The notes: generated by a model from the sequence alone, not told the origin. 32,000 nucleotides of DNA from Candidatus Nanogingivalaceae bacterium (GCA_015257795.3 CP072208.2:600001-632000), one strand, 5' to 3'; shown: positions 17,504 through 26,893, counted from the first letter of the stretch. A program made the numbers and translations.

Positions 17504-17821
17504 ATGGTGAAGATTAAAGCGAAACATAAGTTTCGTAAAAAAACGATCGAAATGGATATTCCAGAAAACACACTTATCCATGCTGAAAAAGGTTACGGCT
17601 GGGCGGTCCGAAGCATTTTCGAATCTTATTTACAGATATGCCACTATCAAAGAGGGAAACTTCATCCTCAAAGTATAAAATTCTGGCGAGTTGAGTCGAA
17701 AACCCCTAAGCAAACTTTCGCACACCGAACAGATAATCTTTCGGCTTGCAAAAAAGAAAATTGCTCATTTTGCAATGCTGGAAAATACGAAGAATGTCCA
17801 AATAATCGCCACAAATTATAA
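17504..17821 (+). CDS. Hypothetical basic protein with a C-terminal Cys cluster (C-X4-C-X2-C-X7-C)
   Basis: 105 aa with a strong SD (GGAGGTGATTAACT before the ATG), its own promoter and a terminator. I recognise no domain. Confidence 0.6.
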   Translation: MVKIKAKHKFRKKTIEMDIPENTLIHAEKGYGWAVRSIFESYLQICHYQRGKLHPQSIKFWRVESKTPKQTFAHRTDNLSACKKENCSFCNAGKYEECPNNRHKL

Positions 17822-17850
17822 AACCCTTCTAGAAGGGTTTTATTTCTTTT
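17818..17850. terminator. Bidirectional terminator between the Cys-rich ORF and mscS
   Basis: Perfect 8-bp stem AAACCCTT/AAGGGTTT with loop CTAG (17821-17840), flanked by T-rich runs on both strands. The mscS stop codon lies in the loop. Confidence 0.6.
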
Positions 17851-18788
17851 CCGGTTTTTTTTGCATTATTTTTATTATGTCGATTTGGTGTGTGATTTTT
17901 ATTAGTCTTGTCTTTTGCCGTAATGCGGTTTATATCGTGAATAACCATTTGTGGATATGGAAGAACAATGTCATTCTCATCAAATGCTTTTTTAATTTCA
18001 CGTCGAAAAATTCCTGCAACATCCCACTGCTTACCGGCCTTAACTCGCCCTAAACATTTTATCTCCATAGAAGAATCCAAGAATTTATTAACACGCACAA
18101 ACTCAATCGGCTCAATAATATTCTTTTTAAGCTCAGGATTTTCTAGCATTTTTCTACCAACACCGTTAATAACTTTTTCGAGAGTGTCAATATCTGTATC
18201 ATAAGAAACTCCGAACAATAGATTAACATTCGCATATTTAAACGAGAGGTTTGTTACGGCTTCGCTTGCACCATTTCGAATTGTATGAACCTTACCATCA
18301 GCATCGCGAACCTGCGTAATTCGCAGAGAGATATTTTCAACCTTACCAGAAATTAAGCGTCCGCCGACCATAATCTCAATCGTATCACCAACTCGGTATT
18401 GATTTTCACCAACAATAAAGAATCCCGCAAGAATATCACGCGTGGTTGTTTGAGCGCCAAGACCAACTACAACACCAATCAATCCAGCTCCAGTCATAAG
18501 TGAAGCCACATTAACTCCGATAGAAGAAAGAAAGTTCATTGCAGCCGTCATCCATATAACAATATCTACAGCTGTTTTAGCAATCTTTGAAATCGTTTCA
18601 TTACGTTTCAGTCGTTCTTCGGAACGTTTAATTTTTTTAGCTTTTTTTCGAATTCCAAATGCAAAATTAATAATCTTCCTTGAAAGGAAGCTAGCTAAAA
18701 TTGCTAACATTACAATTGCAAATGGCTCAAACCAGTCATAAGCCAATACGCTAGCTATAAATTTTTCAATACTCTTAAAAATATCCAT
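17829..18788 (-). CDS. Small-conductance mechanosensitive channel (MscS family)
   Basis: 319 aa with three TM helices followed by the MscS signature TGAGLIGVVVGLGAQTTTRDILAGFFIVGENQYRVGDTIEI. Confidence 0.88.
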   Translation of the reverse strand: MDIFKSIEKFIASVLAYDWFEPFAIVMLAILASFLSRKIINFAFGIRKKAKKIKRSEERLKRNETISKIAKTAVDIVIWMTAAMNFLSSIGVNVASLMTGAGLIGVVVGLGAQTTTRDILAGFFIVGENQYRVGDTIEIMVGGRLISGKVENISLRITQVRDADGKVHTIRNGASEAVTNLSFKYANVNLLFGVSYDTDIDTLEKVINGVGRKMLENPELKKNIIEPIEFVRVNKFLDSSMEIKCLGRVKAGKQWDVAGIFRREIKKAFDENDIVLPYPQMVIHDINRITAKDKTNKNHTPNRHNKNNAKKTGKEIKPF

Positions 18789-18829
18789 CTTCTTTAATTA
18801 AAGCACATGCATTTTACTTTTTCAAGATA

Positions 18830-19180
18830 TTAATACCATAAAGTTAAAATTGCATCATCTATTTTCTGTGCATTTTCAATTTGATTATTTTCTGCATAAA
18901 AATCACGTTTTTTTACTAAAAAATCATGAACTGCTTTTTCATCACCAGTTAACTCTGATCCCTGTTTTCTTATAGAAATCGAACGTGCTTCACCATTTTC
19001 AGACTTAGAAAGCTTCCCCATCAGAATTAAATTATCAATATGTTTCGAAACGGTTGCAACAGATCTATAGCCCATACCACGAGCTATTTCGCGATATGTT
19101 GGGCTATATCCAGATTCTTCAATAAAAACTTCGATAAAATTTAAGAGTTCAACCTGCTTTTTTGTTAAATTATTCGCCAT
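18830..19180 (-). CDS. LexA-type winged-helix DNA-binding domain protein lacking the S24 peptidase domain
   Basis: 116 aa. Residues 5-70 (LTKKQVELLNFIEVFIEESGYSPTYREIARGMGYRSVATVSKHIDNLILMGKL) match the LexA N-terminal domain pattern. The remaining roughly 45 aa are too short for an S24 domain and carry no Ser/Lys catalytic dyad context. The ATG overlaps the LCP gene stop by 11 nt. SD GAGGAT. Confidence 0.7.
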   Translation of the reverse strand: MANNLTKKQVELLNFIEVFIEESGYSPTYREIARGMGYRSVATVSKHIDNLILMGKLSKSENGEARSISIRKQGSELTGDEKAVHDFLVKKRDFYAENNQIENAQKIDDAILTLWY

Positions 19181-20864
19181 TATCCTCGCCTAAAATAATA
19201 ATTATATCCACACCTTCGCCATATGAAGATAACTTAGACGGAAGTTTTTCGGCTTTTGTAGAATACTTAGATTCAAGTTTTTTAACCGTATTCGGTTTTG
19301 ATTCTTGCTTAATATAATAAACTTTCGTTTTCTCATAATCATGCGTTGGAGCAGAATCAATACCCTGAATAGTATAACCTTCTTTTTCGAGCTTCTTTTG
19401 TTCTTGAGCTGCTAGTCCGGAATAATTCGTACCATTCAAAATTTTAATTTTGGCCGATTCTTTCACTATATCACCGCCTAAAGTATTTTTTGAAATATAT
19501 GCTTGAATTTCACTATAGTCAAAAAGTCCAGCTTTAGGAATAACCGCGCTAACAGATCCTACATGACCTGTTGTAAAATAGTTTCCGGACGCATCAGACT
19601 CACTCACTAGAGGCAAAGATGTCATTTTGCCGCTATTGAAGCTTTGAGCAATTTCTGAAACAGTTGTCAATTCTGAAGATTCGAATGTATGGTGAATATT
19701 TTCACCAAGCGAATTCGCAATTGATAGCAGAGTTATCGGATTCATTTTTTGCTGATTAATTTTAGCTAATGTAGCTTTTAGGATTTTTTGCTGATTTCGC
19801 TCGCGGTCAAAATTACTTCCGCTCAAACCAACTCCACCCTCAGAGCCACGCGCTCGAGAAAATGCCAAAGCAGCCGCACCATCCATATGGTAAGTTTTAC
19901 CACTCTGGTAATTGATTTTAGTAGCAACGTCATAAACTCTATTTGAGCCGTCATAAGCTTCGACCTTAACATCAATTCCACCAACAGCATTCACCGCATC
20001 AATCAAAACTTTCCAGTTTCCATGAACTACGTATTGAATATCTAGCCCAAGAATTTCTTTCACCTTTTCAGACAACACTTTTTGGCCGGCTTTCTCTGCA
20101 TCTTCTTCGCTCAAACCACTGTTTTTCGCATCATGATAACCGCATCCATAGGTTTCATTCAACTTTCCAGCAGTAGTTCCAAGCCAAGTTTTACATGTAT
20201 GTTTTACCCAAAGGTCTCTTGGTAATGAAACGGTTTTAATTTCTTTATTTTCTTGATTAACAGAAGCAACCATAATTGAGTCTGTCAATTCTTCCCCGTC
20301 CCAACCTTTTGGTGAAGTTCCAAAAATTAAAATATTGGTGCGACCATTTGAATCAGCCTTAAGTTTTTTGTTCTCAATAACACCAAGGATATTTCCATTA
20401 GTAATTTTATTTAACGTATTAAGTGTTGGATAGATTAACCATCCACCAATGACCAATAATAGTAATATAACAATAGCAAAAAATCGCTTAATTGATCGGC
20501 GTTTTTTAAACTGTTCTAAGGTTAAAGGCTTTTTGCCTTTCTTTTCTCGCTTAGCGTTATTCTTTTCGAACTTTCGAAGTAGTTTTTGATGCTTTTTTGA
20601 GGCAACTCTCTCCCTATGTTCAGCTTCTTGCAATTCTTCAATTTCTAGATTTTGCAATGCAGCTTCGATATCTTTGCCCGAATCTTTTTCATTCTTTTCA
20701 GGTTTTTTAGTTTGAACAAAATCATCAACAGAACCTCTTTTTTGAGATTTTACCACTTTTAAATCTGGTTTCTTAACTGTTTCTTTAGGGCTGTTATTTA
20801 GACTTAGAGATTCAGCCCTCCGCCTTGGCGTAAATCCGTCTATCGATCTCTGATTTTTTTTCAT
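19170..20864 (-). CDS. LytR-CpsA-Psr (LCP) family glycopolymer ligase with a C-terminal LytR_C-like domain
   Basis: Basic cytoplasmic tail, one TM segment, the LCP core TNILIFGTSPKGWDGEELTDSIMVASVNQENKEIKTVSLPRDLWV, and the C-terminal KIKILNGTNYSGLAAQEQKKLEKEGY. The ATG at 20864 is preferred over the TTG at 20876. It overlaps the upstream gene by about 53 nt. Confidence 0.88.
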   Translation of the reverse strand: MKKNQRSIDGFTPRRRAESLSLNNSPKETVKKPDLKVVKSQKRGSVDDFVQTKKPEKNEKDSGKDIEAALQNLEIEELQEAEHRERVASKKHQKLLRKFEKNNAKREKKGKKPLTLEQFKKRRSIKRFFAIVILLLLVIGGWLIYPTLNTLNKITNGNILGVIENKKLKADSNGRTNILIFGTSPKGWDGEELTDSIMVASVNQENKEIKTVSLPRDLWVKHTCKTWLGTTAGKLNETYGCGYHDAKNSGLSEEDAEKAGQKVLSEKVKEILGLDIQYVVHGNWKVLIDAVNAVGGIDVKVEAYDGSNRVYDVATKINYQSGKTYHMDGAAALAFSRARGSEGGVGLSGSNFDRERNQQKILKATLAKINQQKMNPITLLSIANSLGENIHHTFESSELTTVSEIAQSFNSGKMTSLPLVSESDASGNYFTTGHVGSVSAVIPKAGLFDYSEIQAYISKNTLGGDIVKESAKIKILNGTNYSGLAAQEQKKLEKEGYTIQGIDSAPTHDYEKTKVYYIKQESKPNTVKKLESKYSTKAEKLPSKLSSYGEGVDIIIILGEDNGE

Positions 20865-22257
20865 AAGCTCTTTCAATTATAGCAAAAATGAAAGCTAAAA
20901 TCAAATAAATATGTAGTGCATTTGGTAATCCTGAGAAGAAATACCACTGGATTAAAAATGCAAAAACTAATGCCCAAATATATTTTTTATCTTTAGCTAA
21001 TCTAATTATTGAAAACAAAATGAGAGACCAAATTAGAAAACCAAAAATACCAAGTTCTAACAAAATTGATAGAAATTCATTCTGAACAATTTCTGAAGTG
21101 TTTGCAATTTTGTGTGTAGAATTATAAATTGCAGCACCTGATCCGCCAGCGCCAACACCAAAAAACATTGCAAAAATATTTGAGCGCCAAGTTTCAACTG
21201 CTAAGTCTGACATCTTCGTTCGTTCATCTGTTGATTTTTCAACATATCCATTGAATAATGCTTTTTTTGAATACTGGATATTTTTTTGATTATTATGCTG
21301 ACTTTCGAAACCTTCAATTGCTGGCTCATTGATTTCATGATTCCCCGTTTTTTCAATTTTCGGCAAACTAATTTTACCTAAACTCATCTGGTTTATACTT
21401 TTCGAAATCGAATCATAAAAACCATCACTAATTCGCGGATTCAATTCTGTAAAAATTGCATGAAAAATCATTCCACTTAAAAAACTCGAAAGTATAAAAC
21501 TTATTGAAATTATTATATTCGAAAGTATTTTTCTTTTCGAAAATGGCTGATTAACAAAAATAAGAATTAAAATTGCAAAAAATGCCGCAAAAATTGCCCC
21601 ACGTGAAAGTGTTAAATATAACGAGAATAATAAAATCCAAAGTGTTATTTTTTCAAATTTCGAAGCTTTTTTGCTAAAAATCTTGTGAGTTAATAAAACT
21701 ATTGGCGCCAAAAGCATACTTCCAAAAAATTGCGGCTCAATCGCAAAAACACTTGGTCGCACAAACCCAAACCCCTGAGCCCTGCATCCTGCACACAACC
21801 CCCAATCTGTCCAAGCACCATAAATAACTTGAATAATTGACAAACAAGCCATTACCAAACTACTAAAAATAAAGTTTTTAGTTATCTTTTGAAAAAGTAC
21901 TCTGTTTTTCGAAAGACTTAAAATTACCAAAAAATTAAGCCATAAAACCAACCAAACTCCTGAAACTAATACCGTTCTTAGTAAATTTTGCGTATTTAAA
22001 ATTGTCAAAAAATTCCAAAACACAAAAAATCCAGTTAGCAAAACAGCGTTATTTTTTATTAATTTTTTACGGTTTTGGTAAATTGTTTTAATTCCAGCCA
22101 GAGCTAAAACAACTACATAAATTAAAGCAATCGAAAACTCTAAATTCGCACCCGCAGATTTTCCAAAATGAAAATTAGGATAATATGAAAACCACATTGC
22201 GAATGGCGCAAAAAACAAAACCTTTTCAGCAAAATTTAACTTTTTAAAATTTTCCAT
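20812..22257 (-). CDS. O-antigen ligase / Wzy-like polymerase family membrane protein
   Basis: 481 aa with about 10-12 TM helices and the Wzy_C-type motif LTLSRGAIFAAFFAILILIF. It overlaps the upstream GT4 stop by 14 nt. Confidence 0.8.
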   Translation of the reverse strand: MENFKKLNFAEKVLFFAPFAMWFSYYPNFHFGKSAGANLEFSIALIYVVVLALAGIKTIYQNRKKLIKNNAVLLTGFFVFWNFLTILNTQNLLRTVLVSGVWLVLWLNFLVILSLSKNRVLFQKITKNFIFSSLVMACLSIIQVIYGAWTDWGLCAGCRAQGFGFVRPSVFAIEPQFFGSMLLAPIVLLTHKIFSKKASKFEKITLWILLFSLYLTLSRGAIFAAFFAILILIFVNQPFSKRKILSNIIISISFILSSFLSGMIFHAIFTELNPRISDGFYDSISKSINQMSLGKISLPKIEKTGNHEINEPAIEGFESQHNNQKNIQYSKKALFNGYVEKSTDERTKMSDLAVETWRSNIFAMFFGVGAGGSGAAIYNSTHKIANTSEIVQNEFLSILLELGIFGFLIWSLILFSIIRLAKDKKYIWALVFAFLIQWYFFSGLPNALHIYLILAFIFAIIERAYEKKSEIDRRIYAKAEG

Positions 22258-23386
22258 TAAAATTCCTCTTTATCTCTTCTTCAAAATTCTTCTTAAATTC
22301 CTCTTTCGAAAATTTCTTTGCGCTTTCTGAAACTTTTTCAGCATCAAAACTTATTTTTTCGAATTTTTCAACTGCTTCTAAAATTGATGTTGAAGATTGT
22401 TCGTTAAAAAATACACCGTTCTCACCATCTTTAATATAATCTTGAGCGCCGCCTTGATTAAAAGCCAAAACTGGCGTTCCTGTAGCCAATGCTTCGATCG
22501 GTGCGATACCGAAAGGTTCTAAGCTTGGAAAAACAAAACCTTTTGCCTCAGCCACGATTTTCGAAAGTTCAAGAGGGTCACTAATTCGCGGAATAAACTC
22601 GATGTTTTTAGCGCCCCCAGCTAATTCAACCAGTTTTTGATGTTCAGCACCGCCCCCAACTAAAACTAACTTTTTGCCGTTCTTCGAAAAAGCTTCGACC
22701 GCTAAATCTAACTTCTTCCAATTCACTTGGCGCGAAGTTGTAATATAATAATCTTTTTTATTTCTTTCAAGTTTAAACTTATCAACTTCTACTGGCGGAA
22801 AAATAACACTCGCATCACGTTTGTAATATTTTGAAATTTCATCTTTCGAATAACTTGAATTCGCAATTAGAAAATCTGGCTTTTGAGCAAGCTTAAAGTC
22901 GTTTTTTCGAAGCGGATTAACTAAAATTTTAAAGAAAAAACGCACCAAAAAACTTAATTTACCAAACCCGGGATTGTTAACATAATCATCATACATTCCC
23001 CAATAATATTGAATTGGTGGACCTTGTAAATAGCTAATATGTAGCTGTTTTTTTGAAAGGTTCAGCCCCTTACTTTCAGCACAACAAATTGAAATAACAA
23101 CATCAAAATCTTTTAGCTTTTTACCTAAATTTCGAAAATATAAAACTCGTCCAACTGGTAAAATTTTGCGCATTTTTGCAGGAAAAATATTTAACCAGCC
23201 CGTTTTAACCTGCTTATCCGAAAACCAATCTACTTCTTTTTCGGAATATTGAGAAGTAAAAATTGGTGCTTCTGGAAAAATTTCCGAAACAGTTAATACG
23301 ACTTTTTCAGCTCCCCCGTAAGTCGTCAACCAATCAGTCACAATTGCAACTTTTTTACCCTTAAGCCATTTTGGATTTTTATTCAT
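22244..23386 (-). CDS. Glycosyltransferase family 4 (GT-B, retaining)
   Basis: 380 aa with the EX7E region GFVFPSLEPFGIAPIEALATGTPVLAFNQGGAQDYIKDGENGVFF. A TAATG start/stop overlap links it to the upstream gene. Confidence 0.9.
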   Translation of the reverse strand: MNKNPKWLKGKKVAIVTDWLTTYGGAEKVVLTVSEIFPEAPIFTSQYSEKEVDWFSDKQVKTGWLNIFPAKMRKILPVGRVLYFRNLGKKLKDFDVVISICCAESKGLNLSKKQLHISYLQGPPIQYYWGMYDDYVNNPGFGKLSFLVRFFFKILVNPLRKNDFKLAQKPDFLIANSSYSKDEISKYYKRDASVIFPPVEVDKFKLERNKKDYYITTSRQVNWKKLDLAVEAFSKNGKKLVLVGGGAEHQKLVELAGGAKNIEFIPRISDPLELSKIVAEAKGFVFPSLEPFGIAPIEALATGTPVLAFNQGGAQDYIKDGENGVFFNEQSSTSILEAVEKFEKISFDAEKVSESAKKFSKEEFKKNFEEEIKRNFNGKF

Positions 23387-24804
23387 TATTTTGCCCCTTT
23401 TCGAAAAATCACACTCGCAACAGTTTTAAATAAAATTTGAATATCGAAAATAATTGACCAGTTCTGCACATAGTATACATCCAAGCGACGACGTTCTTCA
23501 AAAGAAATATCACGCCGACCAGAAACCTGCGCTAAACCTGTTACTCCAGCTTTAACAGCCAGAATAACATTTTTACGATTTGATTTATTAATTTCTTGAG
23601 GAATTAACGCGCGCGGTCCAACCAAAGAAATATCTCCTCGAATAACATTGAAAAGTTGAGGGAGTTCATCTATCGAAGTTGCCCGAATAAATTTACCAAT
23701 TTTTGTAACCCGCGGATCATCATCTAACTGGTCACCGTTTTCGCGATATTTTTTCGAAAGTTCAGGTCTACCCATTTTTTCGAAAGCTTGTTCAGGAGTT
23801 AGGCCATCAAATTCAGCCTTTTGTGAGCGGAATTTATATATATAAAACTCCCGATTAAAGCGCGTTAAACGAACTTGTTTAAAAAAGATTGAATCCTTTG
23901 GTGCAGTAATCTTCATAATAATAGCTACCGTCAGCATAATTGGACTGGCCAAGATTAAACCAATCCAGCCTAAAGTTAAATCCATCAAGCGTTTCCAGAT
24001 TCGACCCATACCAAAAAGCTTCGTAACTTTAACATCGATTACCGGCAATCCACCAACAACCTCAATTGTATTAATTTGCGACAACAACCGATCTTGTTGT
24101 GGCACAAACATATACTCTAGGTGATTTTCAATTGCATAATTATAAATATCCTCACTCCTGAGAGCATCTGTTTGAATTAGGATATCTGGATCGGTTTTTA
24201 AAACCGCCTCTTTAAAACTCGAGAAGTGCCGAACGCCAGTATTCAAAGGTAAAAACGCACTTTTCGAAACCATTCCAATCGTATCATATCCAAAATCAAT
24301 ATTATCATGAAAGAATTGCGCTAAATCTGTTGAACGTGAATTTGAACCGATGATTAAAACTTTTTGCCTACCGAAACCGCTCCTAATCAAAGCTCGCCGA
24401 ATAAAACGCACAATTTCGCGACCAAGAATCATCATTAAAAAGTTAATCGGCACAAAGAAAATCGCGATTATCCGAACTGGAAAAACCTCATCACCAGTAA
24501 AGAATTCATAAGAAATCATCGCCATAATACTGATAACTGAAACGATTAGCGCTCTTCCATACTCCTTTGGTCGATAAAAAAATACCGAGCGTTCATAAAG
24601 TCCAAAAAAATAGTTAATCGCTAACCAAAGTGGCAAAAGCGAAACCGCTAGAAAAACAAAATTCCAAATATTTGGCGCAAAATAATATGCTCGTGTATCA
24701 AGATGGGTTCGTGCAAAATATGCTAGCATAAATGAGCTTACAACCGCTAGGGTATCAGAGGCTAACATAATTATGCGAACAATCGTAAGTTTGTCTCGTT
24801 TCAT
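23386..24804 (-). CDS. Polyprenyl-phosphate hexose-1-phosphate transferase (WbaP/CpsE-like initiating sugar transferase)
   Basis: 472 aa with an N-terminal 4-5 TM helices and the C-terminal bacterial sugar transferase domain (KDSIFFKQVRLTRFNREFYIYKFRS…DELPQLFNVIRGDISLVGPRA). Confidence 0.9.
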   Translation of the reverse strand: MKRDKLTIVRIIMLASDTLAVVSSFMLAYFARTHLDTRAYYFAPNIWNFVFLAVSLLPLWLAINYFFGLYERSVFFYRPKEYGRALIVSVISIMAMISYEFFTGDEVFPVRIIAIFFVPINFLMMILGREIVRFIRRALIRSGFGRQKVLIIGSNSRSTDLAQFFHDNIDFGYDTIGMVSKSAFLPLNTGVRHFSSFKEAVLKTDPDILIQTDALRSEDIYNYAIENHLEYMFVPQQDRLLSQINTIEVVGGLPVIDVKVTKLFGMGRIWKRLMDLTLGWIGLILASPIMLTVAIIMKITAPKDSIFFKQVRLTRFNREFYIYKFRSQKAEFDGLTPEQAFEKMGRPELSKKYRENGDQLDDDPRVTKIGKFIRATSIDELPQLFNVIRGDISLVGPRALIPQEINKSNRKNVILAVKAGVTGLAQVSGRRDISFEERRRLDVYYVQNWSIIFDIQILFKTVASVIFRKGAK

Positions 24805-24812
24805 ATAGTTAT

Positions 24813-24841
24813 ATAATACTATTTTTAAACGATTTTGTCCA
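24813..24841 (-). promoter_or_regulatory. Putative promoter TGGACA-17-TATTAT, 8 nt upstream of the wbaP-like ATG
   Basis: Minus strand reads TGGACAaaatcgtttaaaaatagTATTATataactatATG. No SD is present. Confidence 0.4.
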
Positions 24842-24844
24842 TTT

Positions 24845-24879
24845 TATAAAAGAAAATCGCCCATATTAAGTGGGCGATT
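24845..24879 (-). terminator. Rho-independent terminator after rfbA
   Basis: Stem AATCGCCCA (24855-24863) pairs with TGGGCGATT (24871-24879), followed on the minus strand by TTTTCTTTT. Confidence 0.7.
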
Positions 24880-24888
24880 AATACAATC

Positions 24889-25767
24889 CTAAGAGTTAAT
24901 GATTCGAAGAAGATAATTCCCATAATCATTTTTACAAAGTGGCTGTGCGAGTTTTTCAACTTCTTCCTTCGAAATCCAACCTTTTCGGAATGCGATTTCT
25001 TCCAGATTAGCAACCTGAACATTTTGCAAGCGTTGAACAGTTTCGATATACTGTGAAGCTTGCAAAAGACTCTCATGTGTTCCCGTATCAAGCCATGCAA
25101 ATCCACGACCAAGGAGTTCGACAGAAAGATGTCCACCTTTCAAAAAAACTTTATTTACATCTGTAATTTCAAGCTCTCCGCGTGGGCTAGGTTGAACCTG
25201 CTTGGCAATTTCTACAACAGAATTATTATAGAAATACAAACCTGTTGCAGCGTAATTTGACTCTGGAGATTCTGGTTTTTCCTCAAGAGATTTGACATTC
25301 ATCTCTTCATCGAAACCAATAACGCCAAAGCGCTTCGGATCTTTAACCTGATAACCAAAGATTACAGCATTAGCTTTTTTACGCTCAATTTTATTACGAG
25401 CGCTCTTGAGCTTATCTGTAAAACCTTGACCGTGAAAAACGTTATCCCCAAGAACTAGAGCAACGTCGTCACCATCAATAAAGTCTTCACCAATGATAAA
25501 TGCTTCTGCCAAGCCATTCGGCTTTTCTTGAATAGCATAGGTAATTTTTACACCGAAGCTTGAACCGTTGCCAAGCAATTCTTGAAAACGATAATTATCT
25601 TCTGGTGTTGTGATTATTAAAATATCACGAATCCCCGCCAACATTAAGATTGAAAGTGGGTAGTAAATCATTGGCTTGTCATAAATTGGCAAAAGCTGTT
25701 TACAGTTTGCCAGAGTGATTGGGTAAAGGCGTGTTCCTGAACCGCCTGCGAGTATGATTCCTTTCAT
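24889..25767 (-). CDS. rfbA: Glucose-1-phosphate thymidylyltransferase
   Basis: [19 protein letters not shown]-terminus and full-length RmlA-like sequence (…LGDNVFHG…, …[10 protein letters not shown]…). SD AAGGAGG. Confidence 0.95.
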   Translation of the reverse strand: MKGIILAGGSGTRLYPITLANCKQLLPIYDKPMIYYPLSILMLAGIRDILIITTPEDNYRFQELLGNGSSFGVKITYAIQEKPNGLAEAFIIGEDFIDGDDVALVLGDNVFHGQGFTDKLKSARNKIERKKANAVIFGYQVKDPKRFGVIGFDEEMNVKSLEEKPESPESNYAATGLYFYNNSVVEIAKQVQPSPRGELEITDVNKVFLKGGHLSVELLGRGFAWLDTGTHESLLQASQYIETVQRLQNVQVANLEEIAFRKGWISKEEVEKLAQPLCKNDYGNYLLRIINS

Positions 25768-25842
25768 ATGAGGAACCTCCTTCTTTCTAGATTTTTAACT
25801 CTTTCGAATTTTAAAGAGCTACGAGACTTACTCGTAACTCCA

Positions 25843-25871
25843 ATTATACAATATTGTTTTATTTTAGTCAA
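25843..25871 (-). promoter_or_regulatory. Consensus promoter TTGACT-17-TGTATAAT upstream of rfbA
   Basis: Minus strand reads TTGACTaaaataaaacaatattgTATAAT, followed by a leader of about 75 nt containing two hairpins (25799-25837). Confidence 0.6.
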
Positions 25872-25888
25872 ATTTATTTTAAAATATT

Positions 25889-26893
25889 TTAGCGCTTAAG
25901 CTTTAAAAATTTCTTTATTCGATTAACTTGTTTTAATGGTAGTCCGTGATAAAGAATCGATTTTAAATACTCATTTGAAACCACTTTTCTACCTTGAATT
26001 TCTCGCCGCTTTTTAAGCGATTTAGGAATCAAAAGAGTTCCCTGCCAAATTCCTTTTAGTGCAAATTTGACCCCGCCTTTCGGTATGCGATAAATCACGA
26101 AAGCCCAATAAACTGCATAGAACTTAAAAAACATTGGCAAGATCATTGGAAATGGCACGTTCTTCCAGAAAACTTGCGGCAAATTTTTAAAAACTTGATT
26201 AATTGTGAAACCCGGAATTTTCGAACTTGTCGCTGAATGTTTATGCCAAACAACTGCGGTTCGCTCATACCAAACTTTAAAACCGGCAAGCTGCATTCGC
26301 CAATCAATATCGACATCCTCATTATAAGCAAAGAAGTCTTCGTCAAAAAAACCAATCGTTTTAAAAACTTTCGTTCGGTAAAGTGTTGCTCCACCAGTTC
26401 CACCAAAAACTAATCCACTTTTAGGTGCGTTTTTCTTTGGTTCACCTTCATTGCGAAGCATCGGGATTCCCCAAGTTGAATAAACGTCGCCCGCATCATC
26501 AATAAATTTACCAGTTTTGTCTAGCATTAAACTAGTTACCGCACCAATTTCAGGAGATTTTTCAAGCGGTTTTAATAGATTTTCAAGCCATTCAGGCTCA
26601 GCGTTTGCGTCATTATTGAGTAAAACCACATTTTCGAAATTATTCTTAATTGCCCATTTAATTCCAATATTTACGCCACCAGTAAAACCAGTATTCTTCT
26701 TCTCTTTATGAAAATGAAGATTTGGCATTTCAATCTTCGAAAGCTCTTTAACAGATTCGTCTTTTGAACCATTATCGATTAAATAAATCTCGAAATCTTG
26801 AACAGTTTGTTTCGAAAGAGCTGCAAGACATTTTTGCGTATCTCGCCAACCATTAAAATTCAAAATTACAATTGCAGTCTTATTATTTCGCAT
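25889..26893 (-). CDS. Glycosyltransferase family 2 (WbbL/rhamnosyltransferase-like), with a C-terminal hydrophobic segment
   Basis: TAIVILNFNGWRDTQKCLAALSKQTVQDFEIYLIDNGSKDES, LLNNDA, and the DVDIDWR block. The start was set to the ATG at 26893 after AAGAGGTATAAAA. It overlaps the upstream gene by 11 nt. Confidence 0.85.
   Translation of the reverse strand: MRNNKTAIVILNFNGWRDTQKCLAALSKQTVQDFEIYLIDNGSKDESVKELSKIEMPNLHFHKEKKNTGFTGGVNIGIKWAIKNNFENVVLLNNDANAEPEWLENLLKPLEKSPEIGAVTSLMLDKTGKFIDDAGDVYSTWGIPMLRNEGEPKKNAPKSGLVFGGTGGATLYRTKVFKTIGFFDEDFFAYNEDVDIDWRMQLAGFKVWYERTAVVWHKHSATSSKIPGFTINQVFKNLPQVFWKNVPFPMILPMFFKFYAVYWAFVIYRIPKGGVKFALKGIWQGTLLIPKSLKKRREIQGRKVVSNEYLKSILYHGLPLKQVNRIKKFLKLKR

Noticed and set aside
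17691-18053. 120-aa plus-strand ORF spanning the end of the Cys-rich ORF, the terminator and the 3' end of mscS
   Set aside because: It crosses a strong bidirectional terminator and is antisense to the conserved MscS CDS. It is an alternative frame of the better-signalled 105-aa ORF.
24825-25136. 103-aa ORF overlapping the 3' end of rfbA and its terminator
   Set aside because: It is out of frame with the well-supported rfbA CDS, runs through the terminator hairpin, and has no SD.
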